A DNA stretch of 64,000 nucleotides from Vicugna vicugna (taxonomy: Eukaryota): positions 1,426,001 to 1,490,000 of the forward strand of contig MU058000.1 in the NCBI GenBank assembly GCA_013265495.1. The letters run 5' to 3'. The position numbers and the translations under genes are program-made. Shown here in pieces: positions 26,267 to 39,250 of the stretch. Under the pieces are notes generated by a model. It did no database searches. It saw only the letters and a program-made list of their open reading frames with translations, and had not been told where the DNA came from. The first letter of the stretch is position 1. The number at the start of each line of letters is the position of its first letter.

Positions 26267-26789
26267 TTCTAACTTAATTTTAAAGATAAGACAGTCTTCA
26301 CTCATAAAATCTCTCGTCATTATTTGTTACTATATGCATTTCCATTACTACTACCCTAATCTCAGCTTTTGTTATCCTAGTCTCTAAAACAGTGCCTTGC
26401 AGATGTTACTGGATAAATACTTGTTAAATTAATGAATGTTTTTTTTTTTTTTGGAATCATTTTCAATGTTGATGATTATTCCACTTCCAACCAATCTAGG
26501 ATATGTTGTTGATTAATATTTCTTTAAAAATTAAAAAAAACATAAGTGAGGAAGGCATTATTTATCCATCTGACAGATGAGAATACTGAGGCAAGGATAG
26601 GCAAGTGAGCTTCATTTTTTTTTTTTTACTGAGCATAATGAGCTGTTGCTTGAATTAAGAAATAGTAAGTTCATGAAGACATAATTCATGAGCCCTTTGT
26701 GTAATTTAGATATGTCACAACTATTATACATCAAGAAATATGATACAAGAGAAAGAAAATGGAAGATAACGGAAATCAGAGGTAATATA

Positions 26790-27040
26790 TTATAATGATT
26801 AAGCAGGCAGAGATTAGAACTAGACTCCTGAGTTTAAATCCCACCTCTACCATGTGTGACCTTTAGTTGAATGACCTCAGTATGTTTATTAATCTCTCTA
26901 ACCCACATTTCTCTTCTTCATAAAATGATGATAATATTTTATTTCAGGATTATTTTCAGGATTAAATGAAGATAAAGTATAAGAGTTTAACAGATCATTT
27001 GGCAAATAGTAAACAGTCAATAAATTTTACTTATTAATCT
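26790..27040 (+). mobile_element. MIR SINE
   Basis: cctgagtttaaatcccacctctacca tgtgtgacct ... taaaatgatgataata ... aggattaaatga ... ggcaaatagtaaacagtcaataaat. Confidence 0.8.
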
Positions 27041-27964
27041 TTTCATCATTATCATCATCATCATTCTCATTAACATGGGAATATTTTAGGAGATCAGGTT
27101 TTTCCAAGCTCAGGGTCAAAGAAAGACATTGTGTTTATTAACAGAACTCTGAGCTTTTATAAAGGGTTATAACTTTATCCAAAAATTAGGAAAAGGGGTA
27201 TTATCCAGGGATATATAGAGAAGACTAAGGGAACAAGTTCAAGTTGTCTACAAATTTTTGAACAAATGGTTTCCTTTCAGCTAATATAAGTTCTAATATG
27301 TGCAGGCTTGGCTCTCTTGCCCAGAGGTATCTTAAAGGTAAGATAACTACCTGGCAGTTGTTTGTAAATTCATACACTTAAATATCTGTCTATCTTTAAA
27401 TATATACAAGAAGTGTGTCTTTTGTGTATACAGACTCAGATTCTTTGAATTGGAAATCAGGACACATCTCTTTTGCATATCAGTATAATTACACGAGGGC
27501 AGTATAGGATTTCAGAAAATGTTATATTCATAAGCTCTTATTAGATTAGCCTTCTGGCATCTTGAATTGTTTCTTTTGCCCTTTCCTGTCATTGTGAGCC
27601 ATTTTATTGACATAAAAACACAAATTAAGAGGCATCAGTAAAATTGTAAACTGGTTTACTGAGGTTGTAAATAGGCATTGCCACTGTCCATAAAATCTCA
27701 TTGTCATTAGAAGGATCTCACCATTTATTTAGTACATCACATGGCTTCCCAGGTAAAGGCCTCTGCAGCTGAATGGTCAGACATTGTCAAAGATTTGTGA
27801 CTCTACAAAAGAAACGTCCCTCTCTTGTCACATGATTCTACATCTCAGCTATCCTCTTTAGAGGCTTCGTAAAGGACACCAAAACAGTTTTGCCAACTGT
27901 CTGAATAGTAGCTTAAATTTGGAAAGCATGTTCCTTCAGAAGGATATAAGTTCCATATAAATGT

Positions 27965-28240
27965 AGCAATAACAATGGTAAATATTTAACAATAGCTTTG
28001 ACTCTGTGCTGGAAGCTATAGTAGATTCTTTACAGGAATTACTTCATTTAGCCTTTACAGCAATATCTGAAGTATATACTGATGTATATAGTGATGATAG
28101 TTTTATTTTACAGATAAGGATATTAAAGCACAGGGAGGTTAAGCAATTTGCCCAAGATCACCCAACTAGTGAAAGACAGTCAGAATTTGAACTCATTTGT
28201 CCTTGAGCCCTAGTTCTTAAATATTAACCCTGTGATAATA
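27965..28240 (-). mobile_element. MIR SINE
   Basis: attttacagataagga...gcacagggaggttaagcaatttgcccaagatcac...gaatttgaactc. Confidence 0.85.
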
Positions 28241-28347
28241 TTTTCATTCATATTAACTGTGTGCAATTGGTTAAGACATTGTTAGTTTTTGATATTGCTT
28301 CTTCATTTCACGTTGGAAGAAAACTTGGTCAATCCTTTGTAACATTA

Positions 28348-28690
28348 TGTTTGTCAGGATGGACTACATTGTGCTGTGGTAACAAATAAATCTCCAAATC
28401 TCAGTGGCTTATGAGAAAAATGGTTCATTTCTCATTTACATTATAGTTCAGGTGTTCTCAAATTATGGCTCAAGATCTGAGCTACTTCTGTCCTACAATG
28501 CCACCATGTAGAAGGTCTTTGCTTCCAGAGAGCGAAAGCATGAAGGACGCACACCAACTTTAACTGCCGTTTTTGCTTGAAATTTTAATTATTGAAATTT
28601 CAGAACCACAGTGTCACTCTAACTCCAAGAAGGCTGGAAAATACAGTTTTCCCGTGTGAAGAGAAAGAGGAGACACTGTGGTGAATACCT
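28348..28690 (-). mobile_element. Old MaLR LTR (MLT1K/L-like)
   Basis: tgtgctgtggtaacaaataaatctccaaatctcagtggctta ... aactccaagaaggctggaaaatacagt. Confidence 0.7.
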
Positions 28691-28755
28691 TGTATGTTTC
28701 TCCATAAGCATCAGACCACAGCTCTTTCTGACTACTTTCGTTCATTTTCTTCAAG

Positions 28756-28805
28756 CCTGCATCATTGCACAGAAGAAAATCACAGAAAATGTGAAATTTC
28801 TGAAG
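28756..28805 (+). CDS. Candidate internal exon C (50 nt), phase-1 frame xCIIAQKKITENVKFLK
   Basis: Branch-point-like CTGAC at 28728-28732, pyrimidine tract, acceptor ttcttcaag, donor AAG|gtactg; purine-rich body; phase compatible with exon B. Confidence 0.4.
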
Positions 28806-29020
28806 GTACTGTTCGGTGAAATTTTGAAACCAACAGATTTCTTGAATTATGCTGAGATCATAAATGGATATGCCAGTTTTCACACATAAATAATAGTATG
28901 CCAAGGATTCTCAATACTGCCATTTATATTAAAACTTCTGTGTATATTTTAGATATGAAGATGGGAAATCCTGTGATTACTGCAGTCTTGGTTAGGAAAG
29001 GAGTGGGTTGGTTTTAATTA

Positions 29021-29239
29021 CCGTGGATCCCTGAACAACACAGATTTGCAGTGCATAGGTCCACTAGTATGTGGCTTTAAAAAATAAAATACATACTATT
29101 GTAATACACAATCCTCTGGTTGTTTGAATCCATGGATGCAGAACTGCAGGTATGGAGGGCCCACTGCAAAGCCATACTTTAATTTTCCACAGTGCAGAGG
29201 ATTGGAGCTTCTAAGCTGCACATGTTTCAAGGGTCAGCT
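29021..29239. mobile_element. MER8/Tigger2-type non-autonomous DNA transposon
   Basis: Degenerate TIRs ccgtggatccctgaacaaca ... tgtttcaagggtcagctg, preceded by TA. Confidence 0.8.
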
Positions 29240-31659
29240 GTGCTAGTTTCTACTTAGTCATGTACATATGTGTGAAAGTGTGTGTATGTGTGTGGCCTCA
29301 TCTCACTAGTATGGTTAATTGAAGCTGGCAAATGTACTCTATTTTCATTTATCCAAAACAGTTTCTCTTTTATTAAGGTAACCATGTTTTATTAGAGAGT
29401 GGAGGGATGGAAGATAAGCTGTTTTTGAAGAAACCTTTTCTTTAATCATGGCTCCTCCCTGCCTGCACTCCAAGCTAGGTAGAATTTACCATTCATTCCC
29501 TTCTTTGTATCTCCAGTGTATCCTGTTCATTCTTCTCTCAGAGCACTGAGGAGTTTTTGTAAGAATGATGGGTACACTGAGGCACGCAAGAAGAGCAGCA
29601 TATTTAAGTACATTGTAAGTGGATGAATATTTAACATGAATGACAGTGCTTGATTCATAATGTAGGAGTCATCAATGTATCTGATGCTTGAAATCATGCA
29701 TGCAAGTGAGTCCAAGCAACAGAAGCACACGTGGGGCATATAACAGGTTCAGGATGAAGTGAGGATTGGTCTCTATTTCCACTGGAAATGAAGCAGTTGA
29801 AATGAGGGAGTAGAGCTATATAAAAATGACAGTTTGAAAGAAGAATAACTTATGAATGTAACAGAATGACAAAAGCTGAGACAGCTGTTTAAATAAAAAA
29901 AAATCTGTATCTGTATTGAGGAAAAAACAATCTTAGAAATTAGATAAGAGTGTTTTTTCCTCCACAATTACACTGAACTATTGAGACAGATTTCATGAAT
30001 TCTGTTTTCTTTGGGAATCTGTTTTCCCTTTTTTAAAAAAGTAACAATTTAAAGAGTCTTTCCTCGCTTGAAATTCATCTTGTTGCTTTTCATTATAACT
30101 TTCTCTTCTCCCATGTTGCACCAGAAATGCAGACACTTGAATGTATCGCCTCTGACTAGTAGAGCTAATTTTTCAATTTACATAAATAAATAACCTGCCA
30201 AAACTAATTACTTCTCTTCAAAATCTAAATACATTATTTCTTCTCTTTTTCCAGTCTGTCTTGTTTTAATTATTTTCACATCAGTTGTCATTTTAGAAGC
30301 TGGTTTAGACTAAAAAGGGATAATCGGATGTGTCTTACTGTTTTAATTTGGCTAATTAAGATTGCTGCTTTTGTCTGGGTGTCTGGAGGCATATATTTAC
30401 AGCCTGTTCATAGTGTGGGGCGTGGGGAGGAAGTGAAATCAAGAAAAAAATTAAAGTAGTCATATGTATTTATTTTTATTTACATATTAAGTGATCATTA
30501 TCTCTCCTCTCCTTGCCTCCCAAACCTTGTCCTCTAATGCCCTAAGAACTTTCCAGGCAAGTCAAGGAAAGCTGGTCAAATCTTCTTTGTTCTTATAGTT
30601 CATTATTCTAGAATAAAGAATGCTTCAAATGTTGTGCATGAGATTTCTACCTCCTCTTTATGGTTTGAATAAAGAAAATTGTGAACACAGCACATGACTG
30701 CTCCTGGAAAGCAGATGGTTAGCTGACTAACCACACAATTCACTGGGTGTAATTGCCTGGTTATGAGAACAATTATACAGCAGCACCTGCAAGTGCATAG
30801 GAAGAAAGAACAGGTGGGAAAGTAGAGTTTTCTTTGTATCAACAGTCTAGTTACTGCATCTGAAGTGCTTAAATCTGTGTTCTTCAGAGTAGTGCCTAGT
30901 TGAATTTATATAGCACGCTATCTTTCAAATTGATCACAGATTTTTTTTTCATACTTTGTCTCATTTATCTTTACTACATGGTTGTATAAAAGGAATTGAC
31001 CATCTTTGAATTCTTATTACCATTGGGGCAACTAAAATAGAGGGAATTCATCACTGACCCCAAATCGTGCAGTTAATTAGATCTTGTGTCCTATCTGTAA
31101 AATTAAGCTATTCCTTGAGGTTTTTTTTTAATGATTTAAAGAGGCAGCTGTTCTGCTTCCAATGGTGGAAACATATATATATATGTGTGTATATATATAT
31201 AAATATATATAATTTTTTCTATTTAAGTGCAATGAAGATTAAATGCAATAGAGGGTATGCATTTTTTTTTTGAGTAACATGTTTAGGAAGAAGAAGTTAT
31301 ATATAACTTGATTTCCTGAATTAATACAAGTCTTACTGACTAGGTAAAATCTCATTAACTTAATTTAATTTATTATTTTTTTCTTTAATTTTAAGAGTAG
31401 TTGCTACAGAAGTCTCCCATAATGATCAATTCACCTATCCACCTGACATTCAGTTCATAAAGCAGAGTATTTTAATTAATTTACTATATTTTTTTGTCAT
31501 AGATGCCTTATTTCTTGATTTTATGATGGTAAAACATTTTCCTCCTTTCTAGCATGTACATTCTTTACCTTAGGTCATTCTTAAATCTAGTTGGTGTTTA
31601 GGACTGAATTAAAGTGACTTTTTGGTAGCACATCAAGCAAACAATAATAATAATGATGA

Positions 31660-32590
31660 TGATAATAATAATAATAATAGTGTTTATTAAGTGACTACCA
31701 CATGACAGGTCTTCTTCTTGGAGCTTTATAGGTATTTTCTCATTTAAGCTTCAGCTAAATCTGTAAAGCAATCTGATTATTACTATTACAGTTTTACACA
31801 CGAGCTACCTGAAACTCAGAGGAGTTACATGAGTTGATAACACTCACATATATTTTTTAACATTTTTTATTGAGTTATACTCATCTTACAATGTGTCAAA
31901 TTCCAGTGTTCAGCACAATTTTTCTGTTATACATGAACATATGTATATTCATTGTCACATTTTTTTTTTGCTGTGAGCTACCATAAGATCTTGTATATAT
32001 TTCCCTGTGCTATACAGTGTAATCTTGTTTATCTATTCTACATTTTGAAATCCCAGTCTGTCCCTTCCCACCCCTCACCCCCTTGGCAACCACAAGCTTG
32101 TATTCTATGTCTATGAGTCTGTTTCTGTTTTGTATTTATGCTTTGTTTTTTTTTTATTCCACATATAAGCGATCTCATATGGTATTTTTCTTTCTCTTTA
32201 TGGCTTATTTCACTAAGAATGACATTTTCCAGGAACATCCATGTTGCTGCAAATAGTGTTATGTTGTTGGTTTTTATGGCTAAATAGTATTCCATTGTAT
32301 AAATATACCACATCTTCTTTATCCAGTCATCTATTGATGGACATTTAGGCTGTTTCCATGTCTTGACTATTGTAAATAGTGCTGCTATGAACATTGGGGT
32401 GCAGGTGTCATTTTGAAGTAGGGTTCCTTCTGGATATACGCCCAAGAGTGGGATTCCTGGGTCATATGGTAAGTCTATTCCTAGTCTTTTGAACACTCAC
32501 ATATTTGGTGAATCATGGAGCCAGAATCTGAACTCACACTGCCTTGAGCTGGAGACACAGACCTCTGTCACGCTGCCTTCCATGTGCTCT
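31660..32590 (-). mobile_element. MIR split by a younger L1, with a (TAA)n run at its left end
   Basis: tttattaagtgactaccacatg...gaaactcagaggagttaca | ggagccagaatctgaactc resumes after the L1. Confidence 0.7.
31852..32491 (-). mobile_element. Relatively young 5'-truncated L1 (ORF2 C-terminus and 3' UTR)
   Basis: TSD aacactcacatat (31839-31851, 32492-32504); open ORF2 C-terminus LPYDPGIPLLGVYP...CTPMFIAALFTIVKTWKQPKCPSIDDWIKKMWYIYTMEYY. Confidence 0.95.
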
Positions 32591-35500
32591 TGTGCCCAGG
32601 AGCCCAAGTTGGAACCCATGCTCATCACATTCAGCTTACTCAGCAAAAACTAGAAAAACCGAATGCAATGCTCTTCCTTGAAACACCATAGACAGTGAAA
32701 TTCCTGTATCTAGCCTTTCTTTTTAAATACCATGAAAAGAGAAGGGCCTTTTTATCCTTAAAAAACTTTTTTCCTTTAATTCTTGCAGGCCAAGGTATAT
32801 AAAAAGGAAAAAAAGAAAATGGTAGACAGAATTAAATAGTTCATTTGCACTGTTTTAATGTTTCAAAGTTTAAAATTTTAGCTTCTTTAATGGACAGCAC
32901 CTTGAACTATTGGCACTTCTGAGGACTTTTTAATTATATATAAAATTTTAAAGAATGTTTTGGTCATTTTCGTTTACATAGACCAAATGTAGTAGATTTT
33001 AGTTAAGTGACTCCCCTTCATCTCTTCATAGTCTATGGCTTCGAGTTGCACAGTGTCGGTTGGACTGAATCCTAGTATTAAATCACTTTTTTAAGGTAAA
33101 ATCTTGAGTCTTATGCAGACATAAAGTGAACACAAGTTGAATATTTTATTTAACTCTTTCAATGAGGGAATCAGATGTTCAAAAATGTGAAAGGTGTACA
33201 GAATTATATGAAATCAAGGAATGATGAAATAAATATACAAACAGAAGAAAACTGGCTTATTTTCACAAGAGGGAAAGTGGGACTTCAACTGAACTTACCC
33301 CTGGACAGAATTTATTTGCATTTCTACAGACAGGACTGTTGTGCATTGTTATTCCTTGTCTACATTCTATAGAGTTGTGAAACAGCTCAAAGGCAATGAA
33401 GAGCTACAATCAGATAACAAAGAAAAGTGTGCTCTCAACAACCGATAGTTTTCTTATTCCAGCTGAACTTGAGTGCAGACACCTGAGCGTGGACACATGC
33501 AAGTAGCAGAGATAAGATTACCATACACAAAATAATCCAACAGAGACTTCTGCCAAAGCAATTTCAGTAAGAAGTGCTTCTGCAGGAAGAAAAAAAAAAA
33601 AGGCAGATACAGAGATTGCTGTAAAGGAGTTTTCAGAGAGAATTTAAGATGAGTATAAAAACTGCAAGAGAAAGATAAACGTCCAAGTGCTGTCTTCATG
33701 GTCGGTATCCTCGAGGCCTCCATGGTATCTAATTGCCACCATGAGCTTTGAGGACATCCATTCAAAAGCAAAGAAGGTTGGTCATGATTAGAAAGTTTAC
33801 TTTGAAAATTTTTGGTATCCTGTCACTTGTTGGAAGATCATTAGGTAGAAAGGTCATCAGAGAGTGTCTTAAACAGGAGAGACACTTATGCGGCAGAATG
33901 TAGGGTCGTGCCTTGCTGCTGCTGACTTTCCTTTGAAATCTGACATTAATAGCTGACCTCCTATCATGTTGTACGTACTGCATTAGGAAATAAAAAACAG
34001 TGACTTCCGTGCTGTCTTTTCTGAAAATCTCACATGACACAGCAGAGAGGCAAAGCCTGAAGTCTTTGCACTTGTCTACAGGCAGATCTGATGGAAAGAC
34101 TCAGTTTTAAAGAGGATCAGGATGAAGGTGGCTCTCTGAGAATCCCACACGGATCTAATTTGATTTCCTGAACCTGTTGTTTCTCACACAGGATTGTTTA
34201 GTCTCTCACATGTAAATACAGGATCAGTTTTCTGGAGAAGTGAGACAGAATTCTGGCCTTACTGCTCCTCTTATTTAGAGGAAAATGAGTATCTTTCTTT
34301 TAAGGATATAAATGTAAAAATAAGATACAGACAAATATAATTAATACACACTATATCACTAGAAAATATTTATTAGTAGTTCTACTTAAAGCAGCTGCTA
34401 ATAAATATATTGGTTAAGAGTCTTGATAAACAGTCAGATCATCTTAAGCTCATTCTAAGAAGCAATATATATTTTCTATCTGATTTGAGGCTTACAGGAG
34501 CAAGCAGCTTTTTAGCGCCAAAGCATGGCAAATTGCCTTAATTTATGAGACATTACTTTCTGACGATACTAATGGGATAAACACTAGCAAAGAAATCTTT
34601 CTATTTCAAGGGCCGTACGCAGTCTCTTTTTCACACGGTTCAGGAAGAGGAAGGATGGCTTTTGACCGTATTATTCCACCCCATTCTCCTCTGGAGTTAT
34701 CTTCTGGGTAGCCTCTGGAAATTGAAGTCATCTCTATTAGTGTGCTTCCAGAATATTCTCTTCTCTGGGGAGAGTGGCAAAAGGAGAAGATCTGTCCACA
34801 TGCACTCAAAGATGTAAATATTTTAGCAGTTCTCTATTTGCAAACATCACCTTAGTTAAAAAGTGGAAGCTCTTATACCATTTTATTTCTCTGAATGGTT
34901 TTCAGTGAAAACAGCATTATTTTTTAATTACTTCCATTTCCAGATTGCTTCTTGCCTTCACAGTCTCCCACTTCAGAGTCTCCCTTAGCATATCAACATC
35001 TCATACATGCATCTCATCCACCCCACTCTGCTCTACCCTCTGTCCTGAGCCAAAGAATGGGGTAAACTGAGAAAGGGATGTGAGAGTAGAAAATTCCAGA
35101 CTTGGCCAGTAAGAGATGTGGCAAGTCCAAGTTGGCTAAGTTGGGCTGTTTCCAATACAAGCTTGTTTGCCATATATCACTGTCTTGGATTTTTGTATCA
35201 AATAAGTTTTTTTTCACCTTTTGCTAGCTATGCGAGTCACCTTGGAGTCACATCTGAAATGCGTTTTGCTTACTTCTGCTTTTTTTTTTAATAGATTTTA
35301 TTGTACTTGTCACACTTGAAAATGTATTGTTATTGTTCAGAGCTTTTAGGCTATGAGCAAAAAAGGATTGTAAAATGAGGTTGTAGCTGTTTTGGAGGTA
35401 TTCAGTCTTTGGGATTTCATACTGGTTTTTAGAAATCTGACTATTGACTAGCCTTCTTGGATAAAATATTCACCTAAACTCACAAAACACAATTGTCAGA

Positions 35501-36584
35501 ACATAAGCATAACTACTGAGGCTTGAGACTATTTCTTAAGGTTTCATATCTCTAGTAATGTCAGATATTCCTCAAGATTCTTACGAACTTGAACCAAATG
35601 CGATAATGAATTCTTTAGACAATAATATCAGTCTTGGTGAGTGTTAATGGTCACACGTATTGCCTTTACAATTTAAGTTTTTACTGAAAAGACATTTTAA
35701 CCTCTTTTCATGGAATGAACTTTAAACAAAATGGCATTTTTGTAAGTAGAAACCTTCTTGAGGTATTTAAGAAAATAGTAATGTAAGAAGCATGCAATAT
35801 AGAAGTATGTGTGTTATTATGTGTCTCCTTCCTGTGAATCCAGAGTAGCAAGGAAATACCTTTTAGACTTAGGAAGACATGTGTTAGAATTCTTCTTGGC
35901 TTTATAACTTTTATTGATTAAAATTACTTGAACTTTAATTGAATTTCCTATATGACTTCACTTGTTTAAAATGTTTCCTTCTATATAAAATGAGAGGTAT
36001 TAGGTAGTTTTCCATGTTCTTGAGGTTGTGAGAGGTAAACTGGTAGCATGTGTTGGCTCAATACCCAGGATGGAGAAAGTTCTCAGTAGAAGACAACAGT
36101 CAGTCTGGGCCACATGAAGATACGGAAGTGGGGTGGCAGCGGCTGGGTGTAGGGATGGCCTCAAGGCCTTCTGGAGCGCAGTGTAAAGCTTTCCATGTTT
36201 CTAATTGTAATAAAATTTACCTTAGTATTACTCTGAGGAAGAATTTTTCAGAAGTGTTACAAGATGGCATTATGATGTATGCCTGTCATCTTTTTAATGT
36301 TATGAATTTGATTCCACTTCTCACCTAAATATTATGAGTGCATTCATGCCAAAAAGTAGTAAATCTATTTGGTACTTGAAGGCTGATGACTGAAAATGTA
36401 AAGGTTCTAAATACTATCTAGGTTTTACAAGGGGTCCTGATGATATAAAGAGATAAGCTGGAAAGAGTTGTCTGAGCTAAAGCCCAAAATTTATCCTGAT
36501 TAAAAGAAACAGTAATTTAATGCGTGGGGATGTTTGGTTGCAAAAATGAGTAAGGACCTGAAGAGAGATGTCTTCTCCTCTTGG

Positions 36585-37140
36585 AAATTCCGTGCAGACA
36601 CTGTTGCCTCCCCAGTAGCCACTCCCCCTTCATCTTGGCTAACAGAATCTCAGTTTTGAATGAGCTGGAAATGTGCCCAGATGCAGGCACCAGATGACGC
36701 TTGATCTTCCCCACTTTCCCAGCAGGTGCATCTAGAGATGGATGCCTGACACTGTTGTGATCAGTGAGACCTAATCCAGCATCTGCTAAAGGGATCACGG
36801 GAAAAGCTTTGGCTTTCCTAATAGAAGGGTTAGAGATGGCTGGTACCACCCGTTTCCCTTTTCTCCCTGCCTTGAACAGTGATGTGATTTTTTTTTTTTT
36901 TTGTAGCTGAGACAGCTATTTCTCAGCCTTCTCTCACAAGCACAAGGTTGAAAGCAAGCCTGTGGAGGATTAAGAAAAGTACAGAGAAATCGTTTTAGCC
37001 CTACACGGCATCACAGAGCTACTGAAATGACACCAGCAACTGCCTGCTCAGGGGCGGTGGTGAAGGAGGACAAGGAAACCCATTTTTAAAGCCTTTGTTA
37101 GTTAAGTTTTCTGTTTTGTGTACATACAAGTAATCTTAAG
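36585..37140 (+). mobile_element. Old MaLR LTR (MLT1J/K-like)
   Basis: gctaacagaatctcagtttt; ttctccctgccttgaacagtgatgtga; tttaaagcctttgttagtt. Confidence 0.7.
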
Positions 37141-37369
37141 TTATATAGACTCCCTAATGCCTTTCTGATTTTTTTAATCAAAGTAAAATAAATCCCATAA
37201 TGATACTTTGTAATTAGATGAAAATTCACAAAGTATATTTATACTGAGAAACTCATTAGACCTCAGAAATACGTTATTCTGTCAATTTTTAAGATAGGAA
37301 ATGTAAAATTAGTGGTATTTAGAAAATTTCTCAATTCCAAAACAAATAATGGCAGAGGTGGGTTAAAAC

Positions 37370-37690
37370 TGTTGGACGGGGTCATGGAGAAGACATGACA
37401 GTCGGCTGATCTGTGAGCTGGACCTGGGGAGTCAGAGGCTCCACACCCCCTCCCCTGGTCTTAGAACGTACCCTCTGCCCGCTGTTCCCACAGTGGGAGA
37501 TGCTTTCAAGGATGCATCCGTGAGAGAGCACTGTATTGTTGAGACCATCTGGACTGGATATATGACTGAACCCTGTTAAGGCCTCTTTATAAAAGTTTCA
37601 AGATTCTGGCAGATGGGTGTGGAGACCCACTCCTCTTGGGGCTGCCTGAGACAAGCCTCATACGTAAGTCCCTTTGCTTATCATTAAAAA
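37370..37690 (+). mobile_element. ERV LTR fragment (U3-R, U5 apparently missing)
   Basis: TG start, TATAAAA near 37588, gtaagtccctttgcttatcattaaa end; higher GC than flanks. Confidence 0.55.
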
Positions 37691-38649
37691 ATAAAATGTG
37701 TATTCTTAGAATTAAAAAAAGTTGAAGGGATCCTAAAAAAGATCATCTCATGTAGTATCTATATCACGGAGGTTATTTTTGAATTAAGTAAGTTAATACA
37801 ATGAGCCAACCTCGGTAGTAAATATTCCTTATTAATAACAGTTTCTTCTTCCTTTCTACCTATTCCTTCTCTCCTTCCTCATTATTATCATTAATAAATT
37901 ATGGTTTCCAGTTTTCTGGATTTTTTTTTTTGTAAAAACACATCTCCATAGAGACTTCGAATGGTCCTAACAGTATCCCCCATTGGCAGTGATTCTAACA
38001 GGCGAGTGTTGCTATCAGAATGTGACGATGAAGATTCTGATATATGTCCCTTAGAAATGCAGTGTCTCCTCTGGCAGATAATCACCAAGTCTGCCTCAAT
38101 TTTCCATTTTCTTTTGAGAAAATTAAGCGTCTGACAAATGAATTAGCTCTTCCAGGTCACACAGATGGTTAAATTTTGGCTTAAAATATCCCCAGTCTCT
38201 AGTGTTACTTCTCTCCTAATGTGGAAACAATGTCTTACAGCGTGGATGTTTCTGGAGGCAGGAGGAAAAGAGCAATATTCTCGTCCAGACTTCTTGCCTT
38301 GCAGATGACTGCACCATTGGATAGTTGACTTGTCTTACCTGACATACTCACACATGATGAAGTTTAGATAAATAGTAGTCATTCCCCCTGCCCACCAAGA
38401 ACTTTATCAAAAGGAATGTATTTGACAGGTAACGAGTTGCTTACAGAAATGCTTAGGACAATTTTCTAGAAAAATATAAATTGCAAAAAAATTGAATCAA
38501 GAAGAAGTTTAAAACCTGAGAAGACCAATTATTGCACTCCCTCAAAAAACTTAAATTGTAGATGAGCTGTTTTTATTTTTCGCAAAGTGTTCCTGAGCAA
38601 ATAAAAATGTTAAACTGCTCGTGTGCGTTTATAACGGTAGTATAATTCT

Positions 38650-39250
38650 GTGTCTCAGTTTGAATTCTCTAGAAGTAAGAGCCTAAGCCAAAACTTATGT
38701 GCTAGTGCTTTACTGAGGATAAAATACCAGGGAAACAAAGGACAAAGGATGAAGGGAGATGTGGGAAAGAGACAAGGCAAATTCAAGGAGGTCTGTACTA
38801 AACTTGCCACACGTAAGTAAAACCTGAAAACAATACTGCTGGTTGCTGGATTGTGCTGGATGTCCCTAGACTGGCTGAGTGAAACTGCTGAGTTTGGAAG
38901 CCGTCCTTCATGGGGAGGAAGGGCAACTAATACATCTTCCCAGTCTTTCCCACCTCCTGTCTTTTGACAGTTAAAATTCCCTCTATGGAGGCTTTCAGTC
39001 CTCCATACTTGTGGCTTTCTCTGGCAGTTACTGGGGTGCTCAGAGCTTCTGTGAAGATGGCCTGGTCAGATCTGGGTGCCAGAGCTGTTGTAGCTTCCAC
39101 CACGGTGGGAGTGATGGAGACATGTCAGAACACAGTCCTTCCTCCTGGAAGAAAGTAGGCAGCTGATGCCATCAGGAGGTGAGCTAACTGCTGTGGAAGC
39201 CAGGGTTTTATGACTTTGGATCGTTCTGACCTGTTGCTGTGTCCTCATGC
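38650..39250 (-). mobile_element. ERVL LTR (LTR16-like)
   Basis: tgtgtctcagtttgaattctctagaagtaagagcctaagccaa... start motif. Confidence 0.55.

Noticed and set aside
32038..32496. 152-aa ORF as a host gene
   Set aside because: It is the L1 ORF2 C-terminus inside a TSD-flanked truncated L1
37370..37700. LTR RNA retroposed by L1 (ends in an A-rich run)
   Set aside because: No TSD, and the A-run directly follows the putative poly(A) signal; simple truncation is more likely
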